32,000 nt of DNA from Nitrosococcus oceani ATCC 19707 (GTDB lineage: Bacteria > Pseudomonadota > Gammaproteobacteria > Nitrosococcales > Nitrosococcaceae). Under the pieces are notes generated by a model. The model searched no databases. It saw nothing but the letters and a program-made list of their open reading frames with translations, and was not told the origin of the DNA. Both the position numbers and the translations under genes were made by a program. Where the stretch lies: contig NC_007484.1 in the NCBI RefSeq assembly GCF_000012805.1, forward strand, positions 330,001-362,000, given 5' to 3'. Below are positions 1 to 10,037 of this stretch, in pieces. Every line of letters begins with the position of its first letter. Positions within the stretch are counted from its first letter, which is position 1.

Positions 1-167
1 AAAACTCCTGGGGCTAATTCCAAGCCTACAGGCGATGCTGCTGCTACTGGCTAGGGGTCTAGCCTAAATAGGATGTTGTCCTTTAGGGGCTGTTGGAAAG
101 GTTCCCTATCCAGCTTTGAATTCTGAGTCTTAAAAAATTAAGTCGTTGAATTTAATTTATATTTAGA

Positions 168-196
168 TTGACTGCAATTCAATAAATGAGTAACTT
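168..196 (+). promoter_or_regulatory. Candidate sigma70 promoter for aspS (TTGACT - 17 nt - TAACTT)
   Basis: TTGACT at 168-173 and TAACTT at 191-196 with 17-nt spacing, about 35 nt upstream of the aspS ATG. The region is AT-rich, so a chance match is possible. Confidence 0.3.
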
Positions 197-231
197 TCAA
201 AGATTTTCCAACAGCCTCTAAGGATTCTTTC

Positions 232-2019
232 ATGCGTAGCCACTATTGCGGCGAACTTTCCGAGGCCCATCTTGATCAAAGTGTCACTTTATGCGGCTGG
301 GTAAATCGCCGCCGAGATCATGGTGGGGTAATTTTTATTGATCTTCGTGATCGGGAGGGCCTCATTCAATTGGTTTTTGATCCAGAGTATTCTCCGGAAA
401 GCTTTAGGCATGCCGAACAGATACGGAGTGAATATGTGCTTCAGGTCAAGGGCCGGGTACAGCACCGGCCGGAAGGCACCGAAAATCCAGATCTCAAGAC
501 AGGCCAAGTGGAAGTATTGGGTCAGGAACTCATTTTACTTAATGCTTCGGAAACGCCGCCTTTTCCAGTGGATGAAAAATTAGAGGTGGGCGAAGACATC
601 CGGCTGCGCTATCGTTATATTGACCTCCGGCGGCCAGAAAGCTTGCAGCGCCTGCGGTTCCGTTCCGCCATTATTCGGCAATTGCGCAAGTTTTTGGATG
701 AGCGGGGTTTTCTCGATATTGATACGCCCATTCTCACCCAGTCAACGCCAGAGGGCGCCCGGGATTTTTTGGTGCCAAGCCGTACCCATCCCGGCCAATT
801 TTTTGCCTTGCCTCAGTCCCCCCAGTTATTTAAACAGCTCCTCATGGTTGCTGGGGTGGATCGCTACTATCAAGTAGTGCGCTGTTTTCGTGATGAAGAT
901 CTACGGGCCGATCGCCAGCCGGAATTTACGCAGCTCGACATAGAGGCTTCCTTCCTTCATGAGGAGACGCTTATGGCGTTAATGGAAGAGATGTTCAAGG
1001 AGCTGTTTGCCACGGTATTAGAAGTGCCCCTCCATACCCCCTTTGTCCGGATGCCCTATGCCGAAGCCCTGGCCTGTTTTGGTTTAGATAAACCTGATTT
1101 GCGCATTCCCCTGCGATTGGTAGAGGTGGGGGATTTGATGAAAACAGTGGATTTTAAGGTTTTTGCCCAGCCAGCCCAGGATCGGGATGGACGAGTCGCC
1201 GCATTGAGATTGCCCGGCGGCGGCAAACTTAGCCGTAAAGAAATTGAGGAGTATACTCAATTTGTGGCTATCTACGGCGCCAAGGGTTTGGCTTATATTA
1301 AAGTGGTTGAGCGCAGCCGCGGGCGGGAGGGATTGCAGTCCCCTATCCTCAAGTTTTTGCCCGATGAAGTGATTGGAGCCATGCTGGAACGAACGGAAGC
1401 TGAAAATGGAGATATCGTATTTTTCGGTGCTGATAAAGCGTCCATTGTTAATGAATCCCTTGGAGCCTTGCGAGTGAAATTAGGCCACGATCATGGCTTG
1501 GTAGAGCATGGCTGGAGTCCGCTATGGGTCATAGATTTTCCTATGTTCGAGTGGGATGAGGATGACCACCGTTGGCATGCCTTGCATCACCCTTTTACTT
1601 CTCCCAAAGAAGAAGATCTCTCCTTATTGGAGCAGAATCCGGGAGCTTGCCGCTCCCGTGCCTATGATTTAGTGCTCAATGGTACCGAGGTGGGCGGGGG
1701 ATCCATCCGCATTTCCCAGTCCCAAGTGCAGAGTCAAGTGTTTCGCTTGCTAGGTATTGGCGATGAGGAAGCCCAAGATAAATTTGGATTTCTTTTGGAC
1801 GCGCTGAAATATGGCTGCCCGCCCCATGGTGGGATTGCGTTTGGTTTGGATCGGCTGGTCATGCTGATGACTGGAAGCGCCTCGATCCGGGAGGTCATCC
1901 CGTTTCCCAAGACCCAGACGGCGGCTTGCCCGCTTACCGGCGCGCCAGGCCAGGTTGCGGAAGCGCAGTTGCGGGAGTTGGGGATTGGCGTGCGCAGGCT
2001 AGCTTCGGATAAAGTCTAA
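232..2019 (+). CDS. aspS: Aspartyl-tRNA synthetase (class II)
   Basis: 595-aa ORF with an N-terminal OB-fold anticodon-binding region. Class II motifs are present: [24 protein letters not shown] and GLDRLVM. SD AAGGA at 220-224. Confidence 0.97.
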   Translation: MRSHYCGELSEAHLDQSVTLCGWVNRRRDHGGVIFIDLRDREGLIQLVFDPEYSPESFRHAEQIRSEYVLQVKGRVQHRPEGTENPDLKTGQVEVLGQELILLNASETPPFPVDEKLEVGEDIRLRYRYIDLRRPESLQRLRFRSAIIRQLRKFLDERGFLDIDTPILTQSTPEGARDFLVPSRTHPGQFFALPQSPQLFKQLLMVAGVDRYYQVVRCFRDEDLRADRQPEFTQLDIEASFLHEETLMALMEEMFKELFATVLEVPLHTPFVRMPYAEALACFGLDKPDLRIPLRLVEVGDLMKTVDFKVFAQPAQDRDGRVAALRLPGGGKLSRKEIEEYTQFVAIYGAKGLAYIKVVERSRGREGLQSPILKFLPDEVIGAMLERTEAENGDIVFFGADKASIVNESLGALRVKLGHDHGLVEHGWSPLWVIDFPMFEWDEDDHRWHALHHPFTSPKEEDLSLLEQNPGACRSRAYDLVLNGTEVGGGSIRISQSQVQSQVFRLLGIGDEEAQDKFGFLLDALKYGCPPHGGIAFGLDRLVMLMTGSASIREVIPFPKTQTAACPLTGAPGQVAEAQLRELGIGVRRLASDKV

Positions 2020-2176
2020 CCCATTGAATATTATTGGAATACCGCTGAAGATCCGCAATTTCTAATCAAAGCGGAAACCTCTTGTAGTAAGGCGAGGGCT
2101 ACCCAGTAGCCATAATTCTTTAGTAAAATGGTAAGGTATTTCTTACTTACTGCCTTTATAGCGAGGACTATTAGAG

Positions 2177-3274
2177 ATGGCCGAAGCAGCAGTCATTCAG
2201 AGCTATATTGATCTGCGCGATAGTGAATGTGAAGCGCGGGTTGCCAAAGCCAAGGCGGCTTTAGGCGCTCAGGTTGTTATTCTTGGACACCATTATCAAC
2301 GGGAAGAAGTTTTTCGGTTTACTGATTATGCTGGCGATTCTCTGAAATTATCCCGCCAGGCCGCTGTTTCAGAGGCCAAATATATCGTTTTTTGTGGCGT
2401 TCATTTTATGGCCGAAGTGGCGGATATTCTGTCCCGCCCCGAGCAAATCGCTATTCTCCCTGATATGGCGGCAGGCTGTGCCATGGCTGATATGGCCGAT
2501 CTCGCTAAAGTGGAGCGGGCCTGGCGGGAGCTAGGCCAGATTTTGGAGCCCGAGGAGAAGGTAACCCCGGTTACCTATATCAACTCCGCTGCTAACCTCA
2601 AGGCTTTTTGTGGCCGTCATGGCGGCATCGTCTGTACTTCAAGCAATGCTGAGGCCGTGCTGAATTGGGCCTTTGAGCGCCGTGAAAAAGTGTTGTTTTT
2701 CCCTGATCAACACTTGGGGCGCAATACCGCCTACCGCATGGGTATTCCACTAGAGAAAATGGCGGTTTGGAATTTTAATCGGCCCAATGGGGGGTTGACG
2801 CAGGAGCAAATCCAGGAAGCACGGATCATTCTATGGCAAGGATTTTGTTCGGTACACCAAATGTTCCAGCCAGAGCACATCGATCGTTTTCTAGCCCGTT
2901 ACCCGGATGCAAAAGTCATATCTCATCCTGAAAATAGTTTCGAGGTCTGCCAAAAATCCCATTATGTCGGCTCAACTGAATACATTATTAAGACTATCCG
3001 AGAGGCAGAATCAGGTACCCGCTGGTTGGTGGGAACCGAGCTTAATTTAGTGAATCGCCTCCATGAGCGCTATAAAAACGAAGGTAAATCCATTCATTTT
3101 ATGTCGCCCACGGTATGTATGTGCTCCACCATGTTTCGGATTGATCCTCAGCATTTAGCTTGGAGCTTGGAGAATCTACTCTCTGGCCAGGTGGTGAATC
3201 AAATCAAGGTGCCAGAAGATGAGGCAGAACTTGCCCGTTTGGCTTTGAGCCGTATGCTGGAGGTCTCTCCTTAA
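2177..3274 (+). CDS. nadA: Quinolinate synthase
   Basis: 365-aa ORF with NadA-like signature stretches (GVHFMAE, TYINSAA, VCMCSTM with Cys ligands for the Fe-S cluster). Confidence 0.93.
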   Translation: MAEAAVIQSYIDLRDSECEARVAKAKAALGAQVVILGHHYQREEVFRFTDYAGDSLKLSRQAAVSEAKYIVFCGVHFMAEVADILSRPEQIAILPDMAAGCAMADMADLAKVERAWRELGQILEPEEKVTPVTYINSAANLKAFCGRHGGIVCTSSNAEAVLNWAFERREKVLFFPDQHLGRNTAYRMGIPLEKMAVWNFNRPNGGLTQEQIQEARIILWQGFCSVHQMFQPEHIDRFLARYPDAKVISHPENSFEVCQKSHYVGSTEYIIKTIREAESGTRWLVGTELNLVNRLHERYKNEGKSIHFMSPTVCMCSTMFRIDPQHLAWSLENLLSGQVVNQIKVPEDEAELARLALSRMLEVSP

Positions 3275-3328
3275 AGTGGGTAATATCCTTGTTACTTTTA
3301 TGCAATTGAAAACAAGCTATAGGATTAT

Positions 3329-3547
3329 ATGGTCGTGAGCAAAACAGCAGCCCCGAGCGCCGCTTCTTCTATTCCGGCTAACGAGGCCCGTCGTTATGAA
3401 GTGACACGGGCGGATTTACCTTTGTCTTGCCCCATGCCCTCTATGGCGCTATGGAACTCCCATCCCCGGGTTTACCTCCCCATCGAAGAAACGGGATGGG
3501 AGCGTTGCCCTTATTGTGGGGCGGTTTATGTACTCAAGGAGGAGTAG
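3329..3547 (+). CDS. Small zinc-finger (zf-CHCC / NDUFS6-like) domain protein
   Basis: 72 aa. The pattern C-x(n)-HPRVYL-x(n)-CPYCG is typical of the bacterial zf-CHCC family. Confidence 0.7.
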   Translation: MVVSKTAAPSAASSIPANEARRYEVTRADLPLSCPMPSMALWNSHPRVYLPIEETGWERCPYCGAVYVLKEE

Positions 3548-3622
3548 AAAGCCGTTTTAAATATGTTTAAACATGCCCCCAGGCGCTGGCAGCCTTGAGG
3601 GCTATGGGAAAAATAGATCTAG

Positions 3623-3823
3623 TTAGCGGCGAAATAGCCAAAACAGCAAGGAGAGAAGCAAACTAATAAGGATGGAAGTGGTAATTGGAAAATAAAAACG
3701 AAAATTTTCCCGCTCGATGACAATATCGCCAGGAAGGCGACCCAATCCTAGCTTAGCGAGCCAGGGCCAGAGCACTCCTACCACAACCAAAATAAGCCCT
3801 AGTATGATAAGCAGCCGTGACAT
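3623..3823 (-). CDS. DUF2905-family small membrane protein
   Basis: 66 aa with two hydrophobic helices flanking GRLPGDI...FYFPITTSI, the hallmark of DUF2905. Confidence 0.75.
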   Translation of the reverse strand: MSRLLIILGLILVVVGVLWPWLAKLGLGRLPGDIVIERENFRFYFPITTSILISLLLSLLFWLFRR

Positions 3824-3868
3824 TATTCTGGCTTTTTAAGCTTAGTCATTAAAGAATGTAATCTCTCC

Positions 3869-4834
3869 ATGGTACTCCAGGTAGCAGCCGGCGCAATCTT
3901 TAATAGGCAGGGACAGGTATTGTTATCCAAACGCCCACTCCATGTCCATCAAGGCAATTTGTGGGAATTTCCTGGGGGTAAGTTGAAGCCAGGGGAGGAG
4001 GTTCGCCAGGCTCTCTCCAGGGAGTTATGGGAGGAGCTAGGAATCCAGGTTCTCCAAGCCCGCCCCTTGTTGCAGGTACACCATGATTATCCGGATCGGT
4101 CCGTGCTGCTCCACGTTTGGCGAGTGGATCGTTTCTCGGGCACGCCCAAGGGGCAGGAAGGGCAGCCTGTGGTGTGGGTCTCGCCTGAAAATCTAAATGC
4201 CTATCCCTTGCCTGCGGCCAACCACGCTGTTGTGACCGCGGTGTGTTTACCGCCAACCTATCTGATTACCAAGGAGCCGGCCGGAAACCAGATGGCGTTT
4301 CTGAGCAGTTTGCGCCAATCATTACAAGCTGGGGTACAGCTGGTGCAGTTACGAGCTAAAAAGCTTAGTCCTGAGCACTACCAAAATTTGACATGGAAGG
4401 TTCAGCGCTTGTGCTTTGAATATAAGGCCATCTTATTAGTCAATACGGTGCCTGCCCAGGCCGCTGAGTGGGGGGCTGATGGGGTACATCTGACGGGTAA
4501 CCATTTAATGCACCTTTCCCATCGGCCATTGCCAGCCAATAAATGGGTGGCCGCTTCTTGTCACAATGCTGCGCAGTTGGCCCATGCTGCTAATATTGGA
4601 GTGGATTTTGCCGTGCTAGGGCCTGTCTTTCATACCTCCACTCATCCTCAAGCATTACCCTTGGGGTGGGAGCGGTTTCAAACGCTCATCGCGCAAATTC
4701 CCTTTCCAGTCTATGCTCTAGGGGGGGTAGGGCCGGAGCATTTGAAGGAAGCCTGGAGCCGAGGGGCCCAAGGTATTGCCGCTATCCGGGCCTTATGGGG
4801 AGATAGGGCTGGAAGCTTTGGAGTTTCGCCATGA
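3869..4834 (+). CDS. mutT: Nudix (MutT-like 8-oxo-dGTP diphosphatase) fused to a ThiE/TenI-like domain
   Basis: Nudix box GGKLKPGEEVRQALSRELWEELGI in the N-terminal half. The C-terminal ~190 aa resembles the thiamine-phosphate synthase/TenI TIM barrel (VLGPVFHTSTH, ALGGV). This is a known fusion architecture in gammaproteobacteria. Confidence 0.85.
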   Translation: MVLQVAAGAIFNRQGQVLLSKRPLHVHQGNLWEFPGGKLKPGEEVRQALSRELWEELGIQVLQARPLLQVHHDYPDRSVLLHVWRVDRFSGTPKGQEGQPVVWVSPENLNAYPLPAANHAVVTAVCLPPTYLITKEPAGNQMAFLSSLRQSLQAGVQLVQLRAKKLSPEHYQNLTWKVQRLCFEYKAILLVNTVPAQAAEWGADGVHLTGNHLMHLSHRPLPANKWVAASCHNAAQLAHAANIGVDFAVLGPVFHTSTHPQALPLGWERFQTLIAQIPFPVYALGGVGPEHLKEAWSRGAQGIAAIRALWGDRAGSFGVSP

Positions 4835-5155
4835 CTGATGTCGATTTTGTTCCTACAAAACCTCATCAGCCTGGAGAATTCTCGCTTCAAGGGGTGTTTT
4901 GGGCTGGCCACGACTTAGCGCGCAAGGCCCTCGGCTGGGTATCACCCTCCACGCGCATCATTTCCCCTCCTACCGAGGGTAGGTCGCGCTCTTGGCAACA
5001 GGGAAAATATACTGCCAATTGTTGGCGAAACGCAAGTCATGCTGGCCCTCGCGCTCGCAGCAAAGTTTCACTTCGCCTGTCTGCGTGCGGGCACGCACGG
5101 GCAGGCACTCTCACTGGGGGGTCATTCAACATCCATGTTTAATTCCAATGTTTTT

Positions 5156-5344
5156 TTATTCTTCCGAGGAAGGGATAGGATGTTCCTCTTCTCCTGGGAT
5201 TCGATGGCTTTCCGTCGCCCAGTCGCTGAGATCAATTAGGCGGCAGCGCTCGCTACAAAAGGGACGCCAGGGATTCTCCTCAGACCAGAGGGCTTCTTGG
5301 CCACAAGTAGGGCAATTGACATGGCGTTTTTTATCTTTGTTCAT
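5156..5344 (-). CDS. yacG: DNA gyrase inhibitor YacG (zinc-binding)
   Basis: 62 aa with CPTCG...[14 protein letters not shown], and the conserved position immediately downstream of coaE. Confidence 0.85.
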   Translation of the reverse strand: MNKDKKRHVNCPTCGQEALWSEENPWRPFCSERCRLIDLSDWATESHRIPGEEEHPIPSSEE

Positions 5345-5349
5345 AAGAA

Positions 5350-5958
5350 TTAGTTCCGTTGCTGGGAAGCCAAGAAGAGATATTTTTGATGGTAATGTTC
5401 TACTTGGCGTTGCAAGGTTGCCAGATCAGTATCATTGACAATGATATCATCCGCGGCTGCCAGCCGGACAGCCCGCGGGGATTGGGCCCGAAGAATGGCC
5501 TCGATCTCGGTATCCGAGAGCTGGTCCCGGGCCTTTACTCGCTGGCGCTGGATAGCATCGGGGATATCAATGACCAGGGTTCGGTCAACGATGTCTTTCT
5601 GGGCGATTTCCACCAGCAACGGAATAACCAGAACGCAGTAGGGTGCGCTAAGCCGGGTAGCCCGGCGTTTCATCTCCTGGAGTATGCGTGGGTGCAGTAT
5701 CGCTTCCAGGCGGGTTTTTAGCGCTTCGCTGGTAAATACGAGGTGCCGGAGGCGGGATCGATCCAGCCCTCCCTGGGCATTTAATATTTCCCTGCCAAAA
5801 GTGGTAACAATCTCGGCAAGAGCCGGCTGGCCAGGTTTGACCAGCTCTCGGGCGATAATATCAGCATCAATAACAGGAACGCCTAATTCGGAAAAAATCT
5901 TGGCTACTGTGGATTTGCCGCTACCGATGCCGCCCGTGAGTCCAACTTTGTAAGACAT
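5350..5958 (-). CDS. coaE: Dephospho-CoA kinase
   Basis: P-loop [11 protein letters not shown] lies 6 aa from the chosen start ([10 protein letters not shown]...). The ORF is open to 6000, but the internal ATG at 5958 has an AGGAAA SD and gives the usual N-terminus. Confidence 0.92.
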
Positions 5959-6008
5959 TTTTCCTGGCGTTTCATAAGGGCTGAATTTAACTTTGTCCAT
6001 TCAAGATT

Positions 6009-6884
6009 TTATCTTCCGGTTAGAGAAAGATAAAATTGATTGATATCCTGTCCCCACATCAAGGCAAGCCAGCCCGCGGCAGCGAGATAAGGGCCGAATG
6101 GGATAGGGGTCTCCCGGTGTTGGCTGGAAAGATAAAGCCATGCGGTCCCTAACAGGGCGCCTACTATCGAGGAAAGCAAAATAATGGCAGGCAGCATCGT
6201 CCAGCCTAGCCAAGCCCCAAGAAGTGCTAAAAGTTTGAAGTCGCCGTACCCCATGCCCTCTTTCTTGGTTAGCAGCCGAAACAGATGGTAAACCAGCCAT
6301 AGGGAAAGATAACCTGTTATCGCACCAATAAGACTGGTTCGGGCATCCGTGAACACTTCAAATAAACCTAGCCCTAAACCAAACCAAAGAAAAGGGAGCG
6401 TAATATTGTCAGGCAGCAGTTGATGATCGAAATCAATAAAGGTGAGCGTAATCAGCGCATAGCTTAAGAGCAATGCTGCCATTGTTTCCCAGCTGACGCC
6501 AAAGCGCCAAGCTACGGCAATAGAAAGGATACCGGTTAGTAGCTCTACCAGGGGATAGCGGAGAGAGATAGGCGCTTTGCAGTGACGGCAGCGTCCCCTA
6601 AGCAAGAGGTAGCTGAATAAGGGAATGTTCTCCTGTGCCCGGATTGTACGACGGCAGGCGGGGCAGTGAGAGCGGGGGAGAGAGAGCGTTAACGGTTCCC
6701 GCTCCGGCTGTGGCTTGCCATGTAATTCTGCACACTGCTCTTCCCACTGCCTTTCCATCATGAGAGGAAGGCGGTAAATGACGACATTGAGGAAACTGCC
6801 GACGGTTAAGCCCAGCAGAAAGGCTGATGCCATAAAGGCAGCGGGATGACTCTCGAAAAAAACAATAGCTTCCATTAATTCCAA
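6009..6884 (-). CDS. pilD: Prepilin peptidase / N-methyltransferase
   Basis: Cys pairs CPAC...CRHC, the aspartyl-protease motif GMGYGDFKL, and a multi-TM profile. Confidence 0.95.
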   Translation of the reverse strand: MELMEAIVFFESHPAAFMASAFLLGLTVGSFLNVVIYRLPLMMERQWEEQCAELHGKPQPEREPLTLSLPRSHCPACRRTIRAQENIPLFSYLLLRGRCRHCKAPISLRYPLVELLTGILSIAVAWRFGVSWETMAALLLSYALITLTFIDFDHQLLPDNITLPFLWFGLGLGLFEVFTDARTSLIGAITGYLSLWLVYHLFRLLTKKEGMGYGDFKLLALLGAWLGWTMLPAIILLSSIVGALLGTAWLYLSSQHRETPIPFGPYLAAAGWLALMWGQDINQFYLSLTGR

Positions 6885-6894
6885 CTAAATCCAG

Positions 6895-8115
6895 TTAAAC
6901 TACTGAACCCATTTTGAAGATGGGTAAGTACATTGCGATAACAAGGCCGCCTACCAGAACGCCTAGTATTGCCATGATGAGGGGTTCTAGCAAGCTGCTC
7001 AGGGCATCGACCGCATTATCTACTTCTTCTTCGTAGAAATCCGCCACTTTGCTCAGCATTTGATCAATTGAACCCGCCTCTTCCCCGATAGCCACCATCT
7101 GCACCACCATGTTAGGAAATAATTGGCTACTGCGCATAGCCGCTTGTAGCTGGGTGCCGGTGGAGACCTCATCGCGTATACGGAGGATGGCTTGAGTATA
7201 GACAGAATTACCCGCAGCGCCGGCCACGGAAACCATGGCTTCCACCAAGGGGACGCCGGCCGCAAACATGGTGGAGAGGGTGCGGGCATACCGGGCGATA
7301 GTTGCCTTATTCAGGATTTCGCCGATCACCGGCAATTTGAGTAGTAGTCTATCGAAGAGATGGTTAATCTTTTGCGAGCGCCGTTTAGCCTCCATAAGAC
7401 CGTAGATAGCGCCTCCCATAGCTCCGAAAATGGCCCACCACCATTCTTGAAAAAGAGCGGAAAGCTTGAGGACTAGCAAGGTGAGGGCGGGCAGATCGGC
7501 GCCGAAGTTCTGGAACAAAGCCTCAAATTGGGGAATAACAAAGATGAGCAAAATAGCAGTAATAATAAAAGCGACCACCACCACAGCGGTAGGATAAAAT
7601 AATGCTTTTTTTATCTTTCCCTTGATGGCTTCTGTTTTTTCTTTATACATGGCGATTTTATCCAGCAGCGTTTCTAGAGTGCCGGATTGCTCTCCCGCGT
7701 GGACCAGGTTGCAAAAAAGCGGATCAAATTGCCGTGGATGTTGTTTAAGCGCTTCGGCCAAGGTGCCGCCACCTTCCACTTCCCCCTTGATTTTTAGGAC
7801 CATCTCTTGCATGGAGATGCTTTCATGGCCGCGGCCTATAATTTCGAAGGCTTGAACCAGGGGTACGCCCGCGGCCATCATGGTTGCAAGTTGACGGCTA
7901 AATATCGCGATCTCCTTCGGGGTGATTTTTTTCTTGCGCTGACCGAGCAGAGACTTAGGCTTTTTGCGCACCTTGAGGGGCACAATACCCTGGCGTCGCA
8001 GATCCGCCTTCACCATGCTGAGGTTTTTACCGCCTACTTCGCCTTTAATTTTATGTCCTTGCCGGTTAGCGCCTTCCCATATAAAAATTTGCTGTTTTGC
8101 TGCCGCTTGTGCCAT
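6895..8115 (-). CDS. pilC: Type IV pilus assembly platform protein
   Basis: 406 aa with a duplicated T2SSF/GspF domain, three TM segments, and a position between pilB and pilD. Confidence 0.95.
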   Translation of the reverse strand: MAQAAAKQQIFIWEGANRQGHKIKGEVGGKNLSMVKADLRRQGIVPLKVRKKPKSLLGQRKKKITPKEIAIFSRQLATMMAAGVPLVQAFEIIGRGHESISMQEMVLKIKGEVEGGGTLAEALKQHPRQFDPLFCNLVHAGEQSGTLETLLDKIAMYKEKTEAIKGKIKKALFYPTAVVVVAFIITAILLIFVIPQFEALFQNFGADLPALTLLVLKLSALFQEWWWAIFGAMGGAIYGLMEAKRRSQKINHLFDRLLLKLPVIGEILNKATIARYARTLSTMFAAGVPLVEAMVSVAGAAGNSVYTQAILRIRDEVSTGTQLQAAMRSSQLFPNMVVQMVAIGEEAGSIDQMLSKVADFYEEEVDNAVDALSSLLEPLIMAILGVLVGGLVIAMYLPIFKMGSVV

Positions 8116-8119
8116 CTGA

Positions 8120-9835
8120 TTACTCCTTCGTCACTCGGTTGATTTCCTCTATACTAGTCACGCCATCAATAATTTTTTTAAGCCCCGATTGGCGGAGATC
8201 GGCGACGCCTTCTTTTTTTGACTGCTCCGCAAGTTCCATGGAGTTGCCTCCCGCCATAATGATGCGGCCCATCTCTTCCGATACGGGCATGACCTGATAG
8301 ATGCCCACGCGGCCTTTATAGCCTTTTGTACAGTGCTCGCAGCCTGCGGCCTTATAAAGGGTGGGCGTGGTTTCCAGTTGGGTTTTGGTAAAACCCTCTT
8401 CTAGCAGCACTTCGTGGGATATCTTTTCGGGTGCCTTGCAGCGGGAGCAGAGACGCCGGGCCAGGCGTTGGGCGATGATCAAAGAAACTGCCGAGGCAAT
8501 GTTATAGGACGCCACCCCCATGTTTAATAGCCGGGTCAGGGTTTGGGGCGCGTCGTTGGTATGAAGGGTGGAAAGCACCATATGGCCGGTTTGGGCAGCT
8601 TTAATAGCAATTTCAGCCGTTTCCAGATCACGAATTTCCCCCACCATGATGACATCGGGGTCCTGACGTAAGAAGGCTTTAAGGGCACCGGCAAAAGTCA
8701 AACCGACTTTGGGGTAGACATTGACCTGGTTAATACCAGGCAGATTGATTTCGGCTGGATCTTCGGCAGTGGAGATATTACGGTCCGCGGTATTAAGAAT
8801 ATTAAGCGCGGTATAAAGAGATACCGTTTTACCACTACCCGTGGGGCCGGTAACGAGCACCATCCCATAAGGGCGGTGAATGGTTTCTAGAAATATTTGT
8901 TGTTGTCTTTCTTCATAACCCAGTGCCTCGATTCCCATTTGCGCGCTGGAGGGGTCCAGGATACGAAGAACAATTTTTTCGCCGAATAAGGTGGGGCAGC
9001 TATTTACCCGAAAATCAATGGCACGGTTCTTGGAAATATTCATTTTCATGCGCCCATCTTGAGGTACGCGCCGTTCGGAAATATCCAAGCGAGCCATGAC
9101 CTTGAGGCGGGCTGCTAGCCGGCCGGCCAGAGTAACCGGCGGGGTAGCGACTTCCCGCAGCACCCCATCTTGCCGATATCGGACCCGATAGATTTTTTCA
9201 TAGGGCTCAAAATGAATATCCGATGCTCCCTGATGAATAGCATCCAACAGAACCTTATTAATAAAACGAACTACTGGGGTATCATCAGCCTCCGATTCAG
9301 CAGTATTTTCTGGAGGCTCATTTTCACCCCCGGAGATGTCAAGGTCATCTAGTGCCGTATCGTTTAGCTCCGCTAAGGAAGTGTCTTGGGCCTCCATGGC
9401 CCGATCGATCATTCGTGCTAGTTTGTCTTCTTCAACAAGGATAGCTTCGGTATTAATTCCCGTATGGAACTTGATTTCGTCTAATGCTTGCAGGTTGGTG
9501 GGATCGGCCACGGCAACGAATAGACGATTCCCACGCTTGAATAAGGGTAGTGCCTGGTGTTGGCGAACCAATTTTTCTTCCACTAGCCCTTTGGGAAGAT
9601 AATCCAAATCCAGGGCATTGATATCGAAGAGGGGGACGCCGAATTCCTGGGAGGCTGCTTGACCAATATCCAGACTTTTAAGTAGCTTTTGCCGTACCAG
9701 GTAAGTCACTAAAGGAGTACCGTTCTTGCGGGAATGCTCTTGGGCTTGCCGGGCATTGGCTTCGCTAAGCAATCCATCCTCTACTAAACGGCGGACCAGA
9801 CCGCTCATTATGATCTGTACTCCAGGAGTGGCCAT
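8120..9835 (-). CDS. pilB: Type IV pilus assembly ATPase
   Basis: Walker A GPTGSGKT, Walker B VIMVGEIRD, His box GHMVLSTLHTN, and a tetracysteine CSRCK...CEHC. The ORF is open to 9886; the ATG at 9835 (MATPGVQ...) is chosen as the more typical N-terminus. Confidence 0.94.
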   Translation of the reverse strand: MATPGVQIIMSGLVRRLVEDGLLSEANARQAQEHSRKNGTPLVTYLVRQKLLKSLDIGQAASQEFGVPLFDINALDLDYLPKGLVEEKLVRQHQALPLFKRGNRLFVAVADPTNLQALDEIKFHTGINTEAILVEEDKLARMIDRAMEAQDTSLAELNDTALDDLDISGGENEPPENTAESEADDTPVVRFINKVLLDAIHQGASDIHFEPYEKIYRVRYRQDGVLREVATPPVTLAGRLAARLKVMARLDISERRVPQDGRMKMNISKNRAIDFRVNSCPTLFGEKIVLRILDPSSAQMGIEALGYEERQQQIFLETIHRPYGMVLVTGPTGSGKTVSLYTALNILNTADRNISTAEDPAEINLPGINQVNVYPKVGLTFAGALKAFLRQDPDVIMVGEIRDLETAEIAIKAAQTGHMVLSTLHTNDAPQTLTRLLNMGVASYNIASAVSLIIAQRLARRLCSRCKAPEKISHEVLLEEGFTKTQLETTPTLYKAAGCEHCTKGYKGRVGIYQVMPVSEEMGRIIMAGGNSMELAEQSKKEGVADLRQSGLKKIIDGVTSIEEINRVTKE

Positions 9836-10037
9836 ATACTTTAATTTACCTCCAGCAGACGGGATATTCCGTAGCGACAATCTCAATCATGGAAAAGCCA
9901 TGGAGCGAATTTTCCTCATAACTTTAAAGGTATCGCAAGATTACGCTGATTCTTGAGGAGAATGGAACCGGCAGGGGAGAAAATCATAGCCAGAAAACCG
10001 CTACAATGGGGATTTAAAACTTTTAGGAGGGAGCAAA

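Noticed and set aside
1-54. Possible 3' end of a + strand CDS (..KTPGANSKPTGDAAATG-TAG), followed by the hairpin GGCTAG-GGGT-CTAGCC (49-64)
   Set aside because: Only 17 codons are visible and there is no recognisable motif, so it cannot be distinguished from non-coding sequence.
4831-5438. ORFs 4831-5142 (103 aa) and 4992-5438 (148 aa) on the + strand
   Set aside because: The products are Arg/Ser/Trp/Cys-rich and low in complexity, with no SD. The second ORF is antisense to the well-supported yacG and coaE. Both were treated as spurious.
5959-6000. Longer N-terminal extensions offered by the ORF track: coaE from 6000, pilB from 9886, DUF484 from 12960, PepSY from 19565, Trx-like from 24606, BNR from 25191, cbbL from 31156
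   Set aside because: The internal starts have better SD spacing and give family-typical N-termini. The extensions add non-conserved residues or overlap upstream genes. Start calls remain uncertain by a few codons.
6001-6300. 99-aa ORF on the minus strand overlapping the 3' part of pilD in another frame
   Set aside because: It lies entirely within pilD, has no motif, and has unlikely composition.
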